In this document: positions 25,101 through 35,530 of the stretch, one piece after another | How the letters are laid out: each line of letters starts with the position of its first letter | Position numbering within the stretch: the stretch's first letter is position 1 | NCBI GenBank assembly: GCA_937625935.1 | Contig: OW569345.1 | Span: 372,001-436,000, forward strand | Direction: 5' to 3' | DNA length: 64,000 bases | From: Tetramitus jugosus | Lineage: Eukaryota; Protista; Heterolobosea | Position numbers and translations under genes: made by a program | Notes under the pieces: model-generated | What the model was told of the DNA's origin: nothing | Databases searched by the model: none | What the model saw: only the letters and a program-made list of their open reading frames with translations

Positions 25101-26295
25101 CAGTTAAACTCGTTCGACTATTGTCTCCAGATGATAGTGGACCTTGTGACCCATTTTTTATCTTGATAACATATTGATCGATTGAAGTTCTAAACTCTTC
25201 AAAGGATCCATTTTTTCCAATTGCATTCTGATCTCGAAGGGACCTCTCTATCATTGAAACAATTTTATCGTTCTGTTCTTTAAACTGAGAAGCAATATTT
25301 GATAACTTGGTTTGTTGGTGATTGAGCACATGGTTGTAGCAGTGCTCCCAAATATCACGATGCTTGATCTTCTCATTTGCACTTACTGTTTCTTGATGCA
25401 CCCGTCTCAGTTCTCTTCTAAATAAATTAAATATATCTTCTTGGTCATCTTCATTGTAGATATCTTCCATCTTCCAAATGTCAGAAATTTCTCTCTCATT
25501 GATAGACTCTAGTTCCATTCTCCTAATCGCTGTGCTAATATTTGATATGACATCAGCTCGATATCGTGTGTTCTCAAGGAAATTGTTCATTGCTCTTTCT
25601 AGCATCGAACATATACTCTCCCGGTTGAACAAAACTGTGAGATATGACTTCTCTCTATCAAGTACACTCTGACTTTTCTCGACCTCAGAAGCATTTACTT
25701 CTCTATTATCGAGGATTTTAAGAGAGGGAAGATGGTAAAGAACGTGATATCGATAGTATGGTAGTTGTACTACGGTGTTCGTCTCTAAACTCAGTACAGC
25801 AAGATTCTTGAGAGACCTCAGATGTTGTAACTCTGCGATTCTACAAATCTGTGATACCATTATTCATTACTATTGTTACCATTGAGAAGATACAAACAAC
25901 CCTAGTTTAATTGAACATACATCATTATTTACAATGGAAAGAACGCGCAATTGTTTAAATTGAGAAAGACCCTTAAGTGTTTGAATACAGTTGTTGCTGA
26001 GGAACAAAGTCTCTATAGAGTGAAATCTAGCTGGTAGATCATCAATATCGGTGACTAATTTTTCTACCACACTAATTTTCTTTGTATCCGCAACAATTCC
26101 AGGAACTTTGCTACAGAGAACTTGGCTCAACTATATGGTGTTTGGTGTTATGAAAATCCATTCTGGTGGTATACTGCTGTGTTAGAAAACTCTTACCTTT
26201 ATGTTTCTTCGAATTATTGGAGCTTGATTTGTTGTTCTAACGACGTTAATTGAGGACAATAGTCTTTCATTCTCTGATCTTCTCTCAGACACCAT
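22108..26295 (-). CDS. LRR + Sfi1-like repeat coiled-coil protein (probable centrin-binding centriole/basal-body protein), 3 exons
   Basis: Exons 26295-26197, 26130-25921, 25848-22108. SDS22-type LRRs (LFLSNNCI, LSLETNTV) and LRRcap YRYHVLYHLPSLKILD. Repeated F-x-x-W motifs (LFQVWK, FFQVWT, WFQLWR, FRRWT, FTKWR, FFHWI) between coiled coils. Confidence 0.75.
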
Positions 26296-26324
26296 GGTAT
26301 GTTTGTAGATTTTACTGGCCATTT

Positions 26325-26332
26325 TTTCCCGC
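26325..26332 (+). promoter_or_regulatory. E2F-like site TTTCCCGC in the 108-bp bidirectional promoter between the LRR/Sfi1-like gene and MAD2
   Basis: Exact match to the TTTSSCGC consensus in an otherwise AT-rich spacer. Function is inferred only. Confidence 0.35.
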
Positions 26333-26403
26333 CCAGTTTTACCCCAAAAAAAAGAACGTTAAATAATTTCGGCAAGAAACAAATTTCAACAAACCAATCG
26401 ACA

Positions 26404-27157
26404 ATGGCCACAGCCCAAGCTACCAAGAATACAATTACCCTCAAGGGTTCGACCGAGATTGTTACTGAATTTTTTGGTGCGTAATGATTGTCTTTCCTGT
26501 TCATGACAAATAATGGAACACTAACACAGAACATTCTGCACAACAGGCTACAGCATCAACAGTATTTTATTTCAAAGAGGCATCTATCCACCCGATAGCT
26601 TCACAAAAGTGAGCAAATATGGACTATCGATGCTTGTTACCTCTGATGAAGGATTGAAAAAGTATTTGGGACAAGTTCTGAATCAACTGTCTGGTAAGTT
26701 ATCAGTCCTGCATTGACTGTCATCATGAATGATCCGAATTGACAACTTTTTATCATAATTTTATGTAGCTTGGTTGATGCAAAAGCTTGTTCATAAACTT
26801 GTGTTGGTTGTGACCAGTGTGTCCAGCAATGAAGTTTTGGAGCGCTGGGAATTTGATATTAATGTTGATACTGAAATTACAGCAGACAGTGGATCAAGAG
26901 AAAAGGACCCAAAGGTAATTCAAGGTGAAATTCAAGCTTTGATCAGACAAATTACTGCCAGTGTAACCTACTTGCCACTCTTGGAAGAGTTGTGCACATT
27001 TGATTTGCTTATGTATACCAACAAGGACACAAACACTCCTCAAACATGGGAAGAATCAGATGCCAAGTTTATTACGAACTCTCAACAAGTCAGACTCCGT
27101 TCATTTACGACCAAGGTTCATCAAGTTGACGCCGTGGTATCGTACAAGGGAAATTAG
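26404..27157 (+). CDS. MAD2: Mitotic spindle checkpoint protein MAD2, 3 exons
   Basis: Exons 26404-26476, 26547-26693, 26769-27157. HORMA motifs ITLKGSTEIVTEFFGYSINSILFQRGIYP, EVLERWEF, IRQITASVTYLP, WEESD, VRLRSFTT. Confidence 0.97.
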
Positions 27158-27321
27158 GGCAAAATGGCGCGCAATTTTCCTCTCTTGTCAAAAAAATGCT
27201 TGAACTTCATTCACACACATGAATAAAAATACAACAACCAATTCTGCTTGTGCTTTATGAGAAAAAAATTTCTTCATCTCGTGCACACCACAAAAAAACA
27301 AGACACACAACATCAACAAAA

Positions 27322-28154
27322 ATGAAACAACAAACAATCCCAAAGGACAGTCTGCCACAAGATGTACAACAAAACTGCACTGAATTTTCATCATCTCTTT
27401 CAACCATTGAACAACTATTAAAGCCACTCGCAAACGGAGAATTCAACAACAAGGAGCTTGCACCAATAGAGAGGGCCAAATTGAACCTGTGCTGTGCCTA
27501 CACTGTCAACACGTTGCTCTACAGTATGTTTCCATCCATCATGACGAGCTTTTTTTTCCATCTCTCCTTTTTTTTTGGGAGAGAAGCTTCTCTTTACCAG
27601 GTGCATTTGCCAACAAACACATGATCATTTTTCTTGCTTTTTTTTCATGCATGAATCTACCATCGTCACATACATTAGTGTACCTAAAGACACAGGGCAT
27701 TGATCCTAATGAACACCCAATGAGAGATGAATTGAAGCGTGTTCAAGAATACATTGAAAAATTGAGACAACACACTGCCAAATTTGATGCATTGATATCC
27801 AACGACAACAATGATGATAACATTCACAACAATAAGAACAACACAAGGACCAACTCTCACACCAAGTTTAACAAAAATCAATCAACCGAAAACAACAACA
27901 ACAACAGCAGCACATTATCAGCAGAAGTGCAAGAAGCTCGGCCAGCTGTGATCACGGTGGATAAGCAAGCTGCGGAACGATTCCTTCAGGATGCCACCAA
28001 CACAACTCACTCCACTGATGAATCATCATCGACAAGTGCTGCTGCTCCAAAATCCAACGACAAGAAGAAACAACAGAAACAAAAGAGACAAACTACTAGC
28101 ACTGAGGAGAAGAGTGGTGAGAGCCCAAAGAAGAGGAGAAGGAAGAACAAATAA
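27322..28154 (+). CDS. C1D: Nuclear exosome cofactor C1D/Rrp47 (Sas10/Utp3/C1D family), 2 exons
   Basis: Exons 27322-27523 and 27679-28154. ERAKLNLCCAYTVNTLLYMYLKTQGIDPNEHPMRDELKRVQEY, later VDKQAAERF, and a basic tail. Confidence 0.9.
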
Positions 28155-28264
28155 ATGCCTTCTGCTGCTTCTAGTTTGAAGTTCCTTGTTTGTGTGTATA
28201 TATCTGGTTCGTTCATTCTAGAGCAATGGATACATGACTTACTGGTTGATTATGTCTGTCTGCT

Positions 28265-29302
28265 TTATTGTTTTTGCATCACGTACTTTTTCAGGTAGTC
28301 CCTGTATTGCTTCTGATGGAAAGTGAATCCATTGTACAGCGCAATGACATAGAAACCAATGATGGCTATCGTGTGCAGATGGAAGGAGAAGAGTAGAGGC
28401 AGACTGAGCAAGCTACTTCCAAAGATGTACATATCGGAATAAATGCTGAACCATGCGAGCTGCCATGTGAGATTCAAATGGCCGTGTTTCTTATCAAAGA
28501 ATGCATACTTTGGCTGGCATCTCTGATAAGTGAAACTGTGCTCTAGTTCGTCCCTGTCTGGTCTCGTGGCCCACAAGTATCGCACACCAAAATTGTAGAG
28601 CACATTGTACGCAACAGTCACAACAAGAGACAATAACCATCCACAGAGTATTGACCACATGTCAATAGAGAGATTCTGATTAATGCTGCTGTGCCATCGC
28701 ATGACCCATGTGACACCAGGAGGCGCCAAATGCAGAAACACACTGGTCAACTTGTCCAAATCATTGAACACAAACGAGTTTCGATAGACATAAACACCGA
28801 GCATCACTGGCCCATTGCAATATTGCCACACGAGTACAAAGAAACTACTTCTAACAGATGCCAGAAAGCCAACTTGATTGCTCTCATTTCCGATATCACT
28901 CCTCACATGATACATCAAGCAATACACGTACAGCAGCGCATTGGCCATGTAACAAAAATCAATGAGATAAAATTGCCACTTTTGTCTCGTGAATGAGACA
29001 CATCGGTGGATATAGAGCATTGGATAGGTGATCAAGTATGCATAGATGAACATTGGTGCTGCCATGAAGAAGCACACATAGAACAAGACACTTGTCATCA
29101 GTAGACTCGTGACATATTGGGCATCACTCAATGTGTTCTTCAACAAGTGCCTGTAAAAGGAGAGTGGTGGCTCAAGTAGAAACTTTTTTGATAGATCCAC
29201 ATTGCTCAGTCGTCGTTCTTGATGATGCTTGAGTTGCTGTTGTTCTTCTCCGGCAGCTGCCACAGTTTTTCTCTTGGTGGTGGAATTTCTCTTTGTGATC
29301 AT
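28265..29302 (-). CDS. GPC1: Glycerophosphocholine acyltransferase (Gpc1/GPCAT, DUF2838)
   Basis: Multi-pass membrane protein with WQFYLIDFCYMAN, NGPV and YRNSFVFNDLDKLTSVFLHLAP signatures. Confidence 0.85.
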   Translation of the reverse strand: MITKRNSTTKRKTVAAAGEEQQQLKHHQERRLSNVDLSKKFLLEPPLSFYRHLLKNTLSDAQYVTSLLMTSVLFYVCFFMAAPMFIYAYLITYPMLYIHRCVSFTRQKWQFYLIDFCYMANALLYVYCLMYHVRSDIGNESNQVGFLASVRSSFFVLVWQYCNGPVMLGVYVYRNSFVFNDLDKLTSVFLHLAPPGVTWVMRWHSSINQNLSIDMWSILCGWLLSLVVTVAYNVLYNFGVRYLWATRPDRDELEHSFTYQRCQPKYAFFDKKHGHLNLTWQLAWFSIYSDMYIFGSSLLSLPLLFSFHLHTIAIIGFYVIALYNGFTFHQKQYRDYLKKYVMQKQ

Positions 29303-29581
29303 CTTGTCACTGATTGAGTTAAATTAGTCGTTCAACAAACTGCTATATGACCACAGACAAGCAACAATGCACTACAGTGTGAGATATCAACCGAACTTGA
29401 CAACTTTTGTTTGGTGGAATGAATGAACCCAGCGGAGATATCGATCCAACTCGAAGTATCCAAATCTCGGTAAAATACAAAGTTTGTCCGAATGAAACAA
29501 CATTGGGAAAAAAGAAGAAACAGCCCTGTTCAATAATTGAAAGCAATAACTAACACCCCACTTGGTTGAACAACAGACGAC

Positions 29582-30436
29582 ATGAAACGATTCCTGCCAA
29601 TTTACCCTCATCAAAACACCCTTTTCAAACTGAATGCATTCATGAACAAGAGTGGCGTTCGTAGTCATTTGATGATGAAAAAATTGAACACGTGTGCTCC
29701 TCTCATGCCTCCCCACAGCAACCAACAACAACACTGCACTTTTACCTCCTCATCATCATCACTAATACAGTCATCATTTGCATCCATCCATCAACATTGT
29801 CACTCCTCTTCCACCAACCGACCACAACAACAAACAACACCATCAACATCATCGACAACAACAAATCATACCCATCTTCTCAATCAACCATCATCATCAT
29901 TATTATTATCTCAATCAACCATACAACAAATACGATCCTACTCTACATCACTCACCCATGACAACAGCAACAATAGCAACAATCATACATTTGCAACAAC
30001 AACAACAACAGCAACCACCACATTGATCCAACAACAACAACAACAGCAACAAGAAAAGGATGCTGACCAACAACAACAACAACAAGAAGGAGAAAACCAA
30101 TTGTACATGACAGATGCATGCAGCAAGAGAATACACTACTTGAATGAAATCAATGGCAACATGAACAGAAGATTAAGAGTATCCGTTCAATATGGAGGAT
30201 GCAGCGGTTACAAAGTTGATTTTGCGTTTGATGATGGTGAAATGGATCCGTTGGATGACGTGTTGTTTGAACATGATGGATCAACCATTGTAGTCGATGT
30301 TGAATCACTAAAGTATGTCAAGGGCAGTACAGTAGACTATGTAGAGACACTCGGATCATCCAAATTTCAAATGCAGAGCAATCCCAATGCCGATTCCAAG
30401 TGTAGCTGTGGCAGTTCATTCAACATTATCATATAA
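29582..30436 (+). CDS. ISCA2: Mitochondrial iron-sulfur cluster assembly protein ISCA2 (HesB/IscA family)
   Basis: LRVSVQYGGCSGY, VVDVESLKYVKGSTVDY and NPNADSKCSCGSSF. Long low-complexity presequence; the start could be a later ATG. Confidence 0.9.
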   Translation: MKRFLPIYPHQNTLFKLNAFMNKSGVRSHLMMKKLNTCAPLMPPHSNQQQHCTFTSSSSSLIQSSFASIHQHCHSSSTNRPQQQTTPSTSSTTTNHTHLLNQPSSSLLLSQSTIQQIRSYSTSLTHDNSNNSNNHTFATTTTTATTTLIQQQQQQQQEKDADQQQQQQEGENQLYMTDACSKRIHYLNEINGNMNRRLRVSVQYGGCSGYKVDFAFDDGEMDPLDDVLFEHDGSTIVVDVESLKYVKGSTVDYVETLGSSKFQMQSNPNADSKCSCGSSFNIII

Positions 30437-30574
30437 TGAGCTCTACGATTGAATAAACATTGCTTTTTTTGGTCAAATGATCTGTGTGATCTCACACAAT
30501 GCATTTTCATTTTGTCTGTGTGTGTTGTTGTTGTTTATTGGAGTTTATTGGAATTTGAATTTGGCTTCTGTTAA

Positions 30575-31036
30575 CTATTGAATCAAGTGTCGCAACTGGA
30601 ATTGATCATTGGGATCTAACGCGTGCAACTCTTGCTTCAAATTGTCCATTTTCGACTGACATTGCTCAATAATGGACTGATAGGGATCCAACTGTTGCTT
30701 CAATTCGTTCCTGTACTGATCCGTGTCGTTTCTCTTGATCATTAAACCACCGAGAGAACATGTCCAAATACCTTCATTTCGACTACTACTACTGCTATTA
30801 TTATTATTATTATTATTACTGTCTTGATTCAAGTGTGCAATCACAAATTCATCTTGTTGCATGCGACTCTGTGTGTTGATGATGGTTTCTTTTTGACTCA
30901 TGAACTCATGCACAATCTTTTCTACTTGATTTTGAAGATTAATGTGTTGACACACTTCGGAGAAGAGAGAGGATGACGGATGGTGGCGGCGCGTACTCTT
31001 GTTGGTTGATGAGGAGGATGATGAAGAATGATGCAT
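30575..31036 (-). CDS. Prefoldin-like protein, PDRG1-like
   Basis: Helix / beta-hairpin (IWTCSLGGLMIK) / helix coiled-coil layout and a size typical of beta-prefoldins and PDRG1. Divergent sequence. Confidence 0.55.
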   Translation of the reverse strand: MHHSSSSSSSTNKSTRRHHPSSSLFSEVCQHINLQNQVEKIVHEFMSQKETIINTQSRMQQDEFVIAHLNQDSNNNNNNNSSSSSRNEGIWTCSLGGLMIKRNDTDQYRNELKQQLDPYQSIIEQCQSKMDNLKQELHALDPNDQFQLRHLIQ

Positions 31037-31124
31037 TTTGTTGGATTTTGGTTGTTGGTTTTTATTGTTTTTGAAGTGCCATTTTTTGCAGGAATTAATT
31101 ATTAGTCATCAAGAAAGAAACAAT

Positions 31125-32174
31125 TCAAAATCTAGCGTTGTGGGTATGAAGAGATGTGTGAGCAAAGAGAAATATCATCAACTGTTGAATGCATACGACT
31201 ACTGTCTGTGTCTGTCTGTAGAATGGACATACATTTTCTGAAACATCTTGAACTTCCAAATCAGACTGGCCCCAATGAGAATAGTAACGCTCATGCACAC
31301 TGCACATGCGCTGACAAAGCGTCCGCAGCAACCTCAGCTGATCTTCATCGTACATGATATTACTCTTATCGTCCTTCTTCTTTTCAATCACTGGCAATAG
31401 TGTTGTGCTTCTCGCATTCAACTCGTCAAACAACTTGTCCTCCAACAACTTTTGAAGGTTGTAGTCGAGAGAGATGGACAGAGGTCGATTCAAACTACCG
31501 ATAATAGAGTCTCTCTTGCTGTTTCTGGTGGGTAGTGACGATGTGACATGCTGTCTCTTCCTATTGATCGAATTTGTGTCCTTTCTGTGATTTCCATTCA
31601 CATATTCATGCTTACTACTATTACTACTACTACTACTATTACTACTATTACTACCAACACCATTATGATGATGATGATGATGACCACTACTATGAACACT
31701 ATCATCGTCATCATCGTCGTCACTGCTCTCTGTGATTATATCTCTAATCATCCGATTGAAACTATCACTATTATTATTATTATTATTATTATTATGGAGA
31801 GTATGATGATAACTACTATCATTAGCATTGTGAACGTCATGAATGGTGGGACTGCGATTCAGTTCAACATTGTCCGATAATACTAATAATAATGATGATG
31901 ACGATGACGATGATGATGATAATGGCTCCACTCTCACAAATCCATCTTCAAATATAAATTGTTTGTTGAATTTGGATTGTTGTTGTTGTTGTTGAGCTGT
32001 AGAGTTGTTTTGTTTGTTCGATTTTTGTTTGTTGTTGAATGCATTGTTAGAGTGATTCATCCCACGGTGATAATCATCATCATCATCATCATCGTCCTTG
32101 TCATTGTTGGGACGATTGTGGTAAATGTCGTTGAGAATGGCTGATAGTATTGAGTCTTGTGCTTCATGGTCTGC

Positions 32175-32210
<36 letters not shown>

Positions 32211-32642
32211 GACCATTCTTGATGTTCGACTGCGCATACCCACTGTTCTCTGTCGATTCAAATACACGAGTGAATTCAAATATTTGCCCTGTGAAGCAAT
32301 CAGATCCAATTTCTCTTCATAGGTCAACTCTTTGGTGTGATGATGAGTATCACTTGTTGTTGTTGTTGTTGTTGTTGTTGTTGATAAAGATTCGTCACTG
32401 ATAACGTGTTGTTGTTGTTGATGAGGATGGTTGGCAATGATGTTCGTATGAGCGGTCGAAGTGAGTTGTTGTTTCTGTTGTTGTTTGGGAGCAATGTTAT
32501 CATTCTCTTCATCACTCGACCAACCAATATCATCAGTGTCATCATCATCGTCATCATGGCTTACTGCGTGAGCGAGGCTGAATGGTGCTTCATTGCTCTC
32601 GCTGTCGCTGATTAGCCAATCATCATCACTTTCAGAGTTCAT
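31125..32642 (-). CDS. Hypothetical low-complexity protein
   Basis: About 505-codon ORF from ATG 32642, open through many trinucleotide repeats (poly-T/D/Q/S/N/H). Ordered-looking C-terminal region with several Cys/His. Confidence 0.7.
31590..32420. repeat. Cluster of coding trinucleotide microsatellites ((GTT)n, (ATT)n, (GAT)n, (ACT)n)
   Basis: Directly visible, e.g. (GTT)n runs near 32176-32209 and 32356-32382. They encode homopolymeric amino-acid tracts. Confidence 0.85.
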
Positions 32643-32713
32643 GTGTTTTTGTTGGGCGGAAAGAAAAAAAAATTGGAGTGACACTAACGTTTTTGATTTA
32701 ATTCAGAAAGAAT

Positions 32714-33538
32714 TTACAAAGACTTTCCGTAGGTCTTCTTGGAAGCATTCTTCAAGTATTCAGTGTGTTCCTCGAATGGAGACTTGACGAATTGAGTTGG
32801 AGCCCACAAATCAGGAGTCAAGAAGCCATAAGTTTGAGAGATAGCATCAAAGGTAGCCTTGACGAAGTTACCAAGGGTCTTGGTGTGACCAATGGAGCTG
32901 GTAAAGACATCTTGATAACCAGCCAAAGACAACAACTTCTTTGGAACAGGAGCAGCAACAATACCAGAACCTCTTGGAGCAGGGGTCAATCTGACAGAGA
33001 CGGAACCACACTTTCCGGTAACCTTTGCAGGGACGGTGTGAGGCTCACCAATCTTGTTACCCCAGTATCCTCTTCTGACAGGGATGATGGACAACTTAGC
33101 CATAGCCAAAGCACCCTTGATAGCGTTAGCAACTTCAGATGCACACTTGACACCAAGACCGCAGTGACCGTTGGAGTCACCAATGACAACGAAGGCCTTG
33201 AATCTGGTTCTTTGACCAGCAGTGGTTTGCTTTTGAACAGGGGAGATTTTGATGACCTCATCCTTCAAGTTACCCTTCAAGAAATAGTCAATGATTGGTG
33301 CCTCCTTAACTGGCATGGAGTGCAAGTAGATCTCTTCCAAGGACTTGATCTTCTTGTCCTTGACCAATCTACCGAGTTTGGTGACTGGAACCCAGTCGCC
33401 GCTACCAGCACCGTCTCTCTTTGGGCCTCCTCTTCTTGGGGCACCACCTCTTCTTCTGTCTCCACCCTCTCTTCTTTCACCACCTTCTCTTCTTCCGAAA
33501 CCTCTGTTTTCTCTTCTTTCTTGTTGTTGCTCAGACAT
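32714..33538 (-). CDS. RPS2: 40S ribosomal protein S2 (uS5)
   Basis: RGG-rich N-terminus, [48 protein letters not shown]. Strong codon bias. Confidence 0.98.
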   Translation of the reverse strand: MSEQQQERRENRGFGRREGGERREGGDRRRGGAPRRGGPKRDGAGSGDWVPVTKLGRLVKDKKIKSLEEIYLHSMPVKEAPIIDYFLKGNLKDEVIKISPVQKQTTAGQRTRFKAFVVIGDSNGHCGLGVKCASEVANAIKGALAMAKLSIIPVRRGYWGNKIGEPHTVPAKVTGKCGSVSVRLTPAPRGSGIVAAPVPKKLLSLAGYQDVFTSSIGHTKTLGNFVKATFDAISQTYGFLTPDLWAPTQFVKSPFEEHTEYLKNASKKTYGKSL

Positions 33539-34122
33539 TATGACTTGTGAACTGTTTATGTTTTTGACGAGTTTTTGTTATTTTTTTTTCTAATTTTTCG
33601 ATTTTGAGCAAGTTGACTTCAACGAAGGTTGGGTAGTTTCACCGACAATATTGAAGGATCATCTTTTGTGTTCAGAGCATGAAAACAAGCACTTGAAGCT
33701 TGGAACAAAGAAGAAGAGGTTTTCTCCCTCTTTATCCCAATACACTTTGCTCGCAAACCGTGAACTGATAAACAGTTGGTCCAGGAACTTGTCAATTCAC
33801 TCACGCCACCTCACCAAGAACATAGATACCAGAAGGATGATCTCAAGGTGCAATCACTTCTTTTCACGAGGTTAGTTGGTTTTTGTTCCAGCTCATTACG
33901 TTGCGAACATACCAAGAAACCAATTTTGTAAATGTACGCGTCAGCTTTCATCACGTCGGCGTTCGACTCATGACACCAATCCTTATTTCGCATGGAAAAA
34001 ACAAGAAACCACTCTCGAACAAACCAAAACAACAAATTTTCTCTGTAAGGATAGCAAAAGAAGTGAACTCCATTGCTCTTCAAACACAATACCTCCAATT
34101 CATAAATAATATTAATTGAAAC

Positions 34123-35277
34123 ATGCCTGCAGTGAAAAACTCAAAGTCAAAAACCGCAAAGAAGGACAAAGTCGAAGAAGCCAAGTTGGTTGTTTTTGGA
34201 ACGGGTATGCATGAAATGAACACTAATAATAATAATCATTTGTACAAGGAGCAAGCTGTACAGCAGTTTCGTGCACACCTCGCACACCACGCACACACAA
34301 CAACAACAACGTTCATCATCACAACGACAACACAAACGCAAGGACAAGGAGTAATAGTAGCAATAACACACCATCATTTGTTTGGTCACAAGTTGGCTGC
34401 TGAGTCGTAGGTGCAATCCAGAGTGTGCGTTGAGGAATGGTGCCAAGAACATTTTGTCAATCGTACTAGAAGAGTACGACTCGTCAAATGTATAGTATTC
34501 GCAGTCAATGATTCACTGTTGTTGTTATGTGAGTGTGTCGTGCATGTGTACGTGGTGCATGGCTGTGTGTGTGTGTGTGTGCATGTGACTGCTGTGGTGT
34601 ACATCTTGTTTTTCTGTGCTTGTGCTTGTGTTTGTGTGTTTGTGTGTGTATATATATATTTTTGATCACAAAGCACTCACACTTTGTTTCTTCTACCATC
34701 TGCATCTACTTCATCCAATCGTCAATCACTCATCGATACAGGTGGTGTTGGTAAGTCAGCACTCATTGTACAATTGATACAGTCACAATTCGTGGAGCAA
34801 TATGATCCTACATTGGAAGACTCATACAGAAAGGACACCAACCTCGATGGCAAGGACATTATTATGGACATTTTGGACACAGCAGGACAAGAGGAATTCC
34901 ACAGCTTGAGAGACCAGTACATTCGTCAAGGCGAGGGCTATCTCATCATCTACAGTATCAACAACAGAAACAGTTTTGAGGAAGTAGAGTCGTTTTTGGA
35001 TCAAATTCTGAGTGCAAAGGAAGTCACAGAGGACATGATTGGTGAGGCAGCACAGGAAGTTGCTGCTGTTCTCGTTGGTAACAAGTGTGATCTTGTCGAT
35101 CAGCGTAAAGTCACTAGAGAAGAGGGAGAAGCATTGGCAAAGAAGTATGGTGGTATTTCGTTCTACGAGTCGAGTGCCAAGACACGTCTCAACGTTGAAG
35201 AAGCGTTCCACGACTGTGCACGTCAAGTGTTCCAAAAGGTGAAGAAGGGCAACAAGAAAAAGTGCAAGGTTATGTAA
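34123..35277 (+). CDS. Ras-family small GTPase, 2 exons with a 537-nt intron
   Basis: Exons 34123-34204 and 34742-35277 rebuild KLVVFGTG|GVGKSA. Effector loop YDPTLEDSY, DTAGQEEF, NKCD, ESSAK, and a polybasic + CaaX end (KKKCKVM). Confidence 0.93.
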
Positions 35278-35530
35278 ATCAACTCCCTACTACAACTGCG
35301 ACAACTATTACTATTACTACTAGCGACGTCGGATCCCAATGCTCTGACCATTCCAAACAAACTGTAAAAAACACAAACATTTTTTGTCCCTGTGATTCGC
35401 GCCATTTTCTCCCGCTGTGGTCTGCTGTTGCGCCTTGATTCGAATGGAAGAATTTTTGGTTGCATAACAAACAACAAATCGATTCTCAATCTCCCAACCC
35501 TCTAGTTTGCTCTCTCTATCTATAAAGACA

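Noticed and set aside
32765-33550. 261-aa antisense ORF over RPS2, plus similar shadows over PDI, FtsZ and UMP1
   Set aside because: Explained by sense-strand codon bias that avoids TTA/CTA/TCA; no protein-like features.
34386-34754. Cys/Val- and His/Thr-rich short ORFs
   Set aside because: Translations of (TG)n/(CA)n repeats inside the Ras intron.
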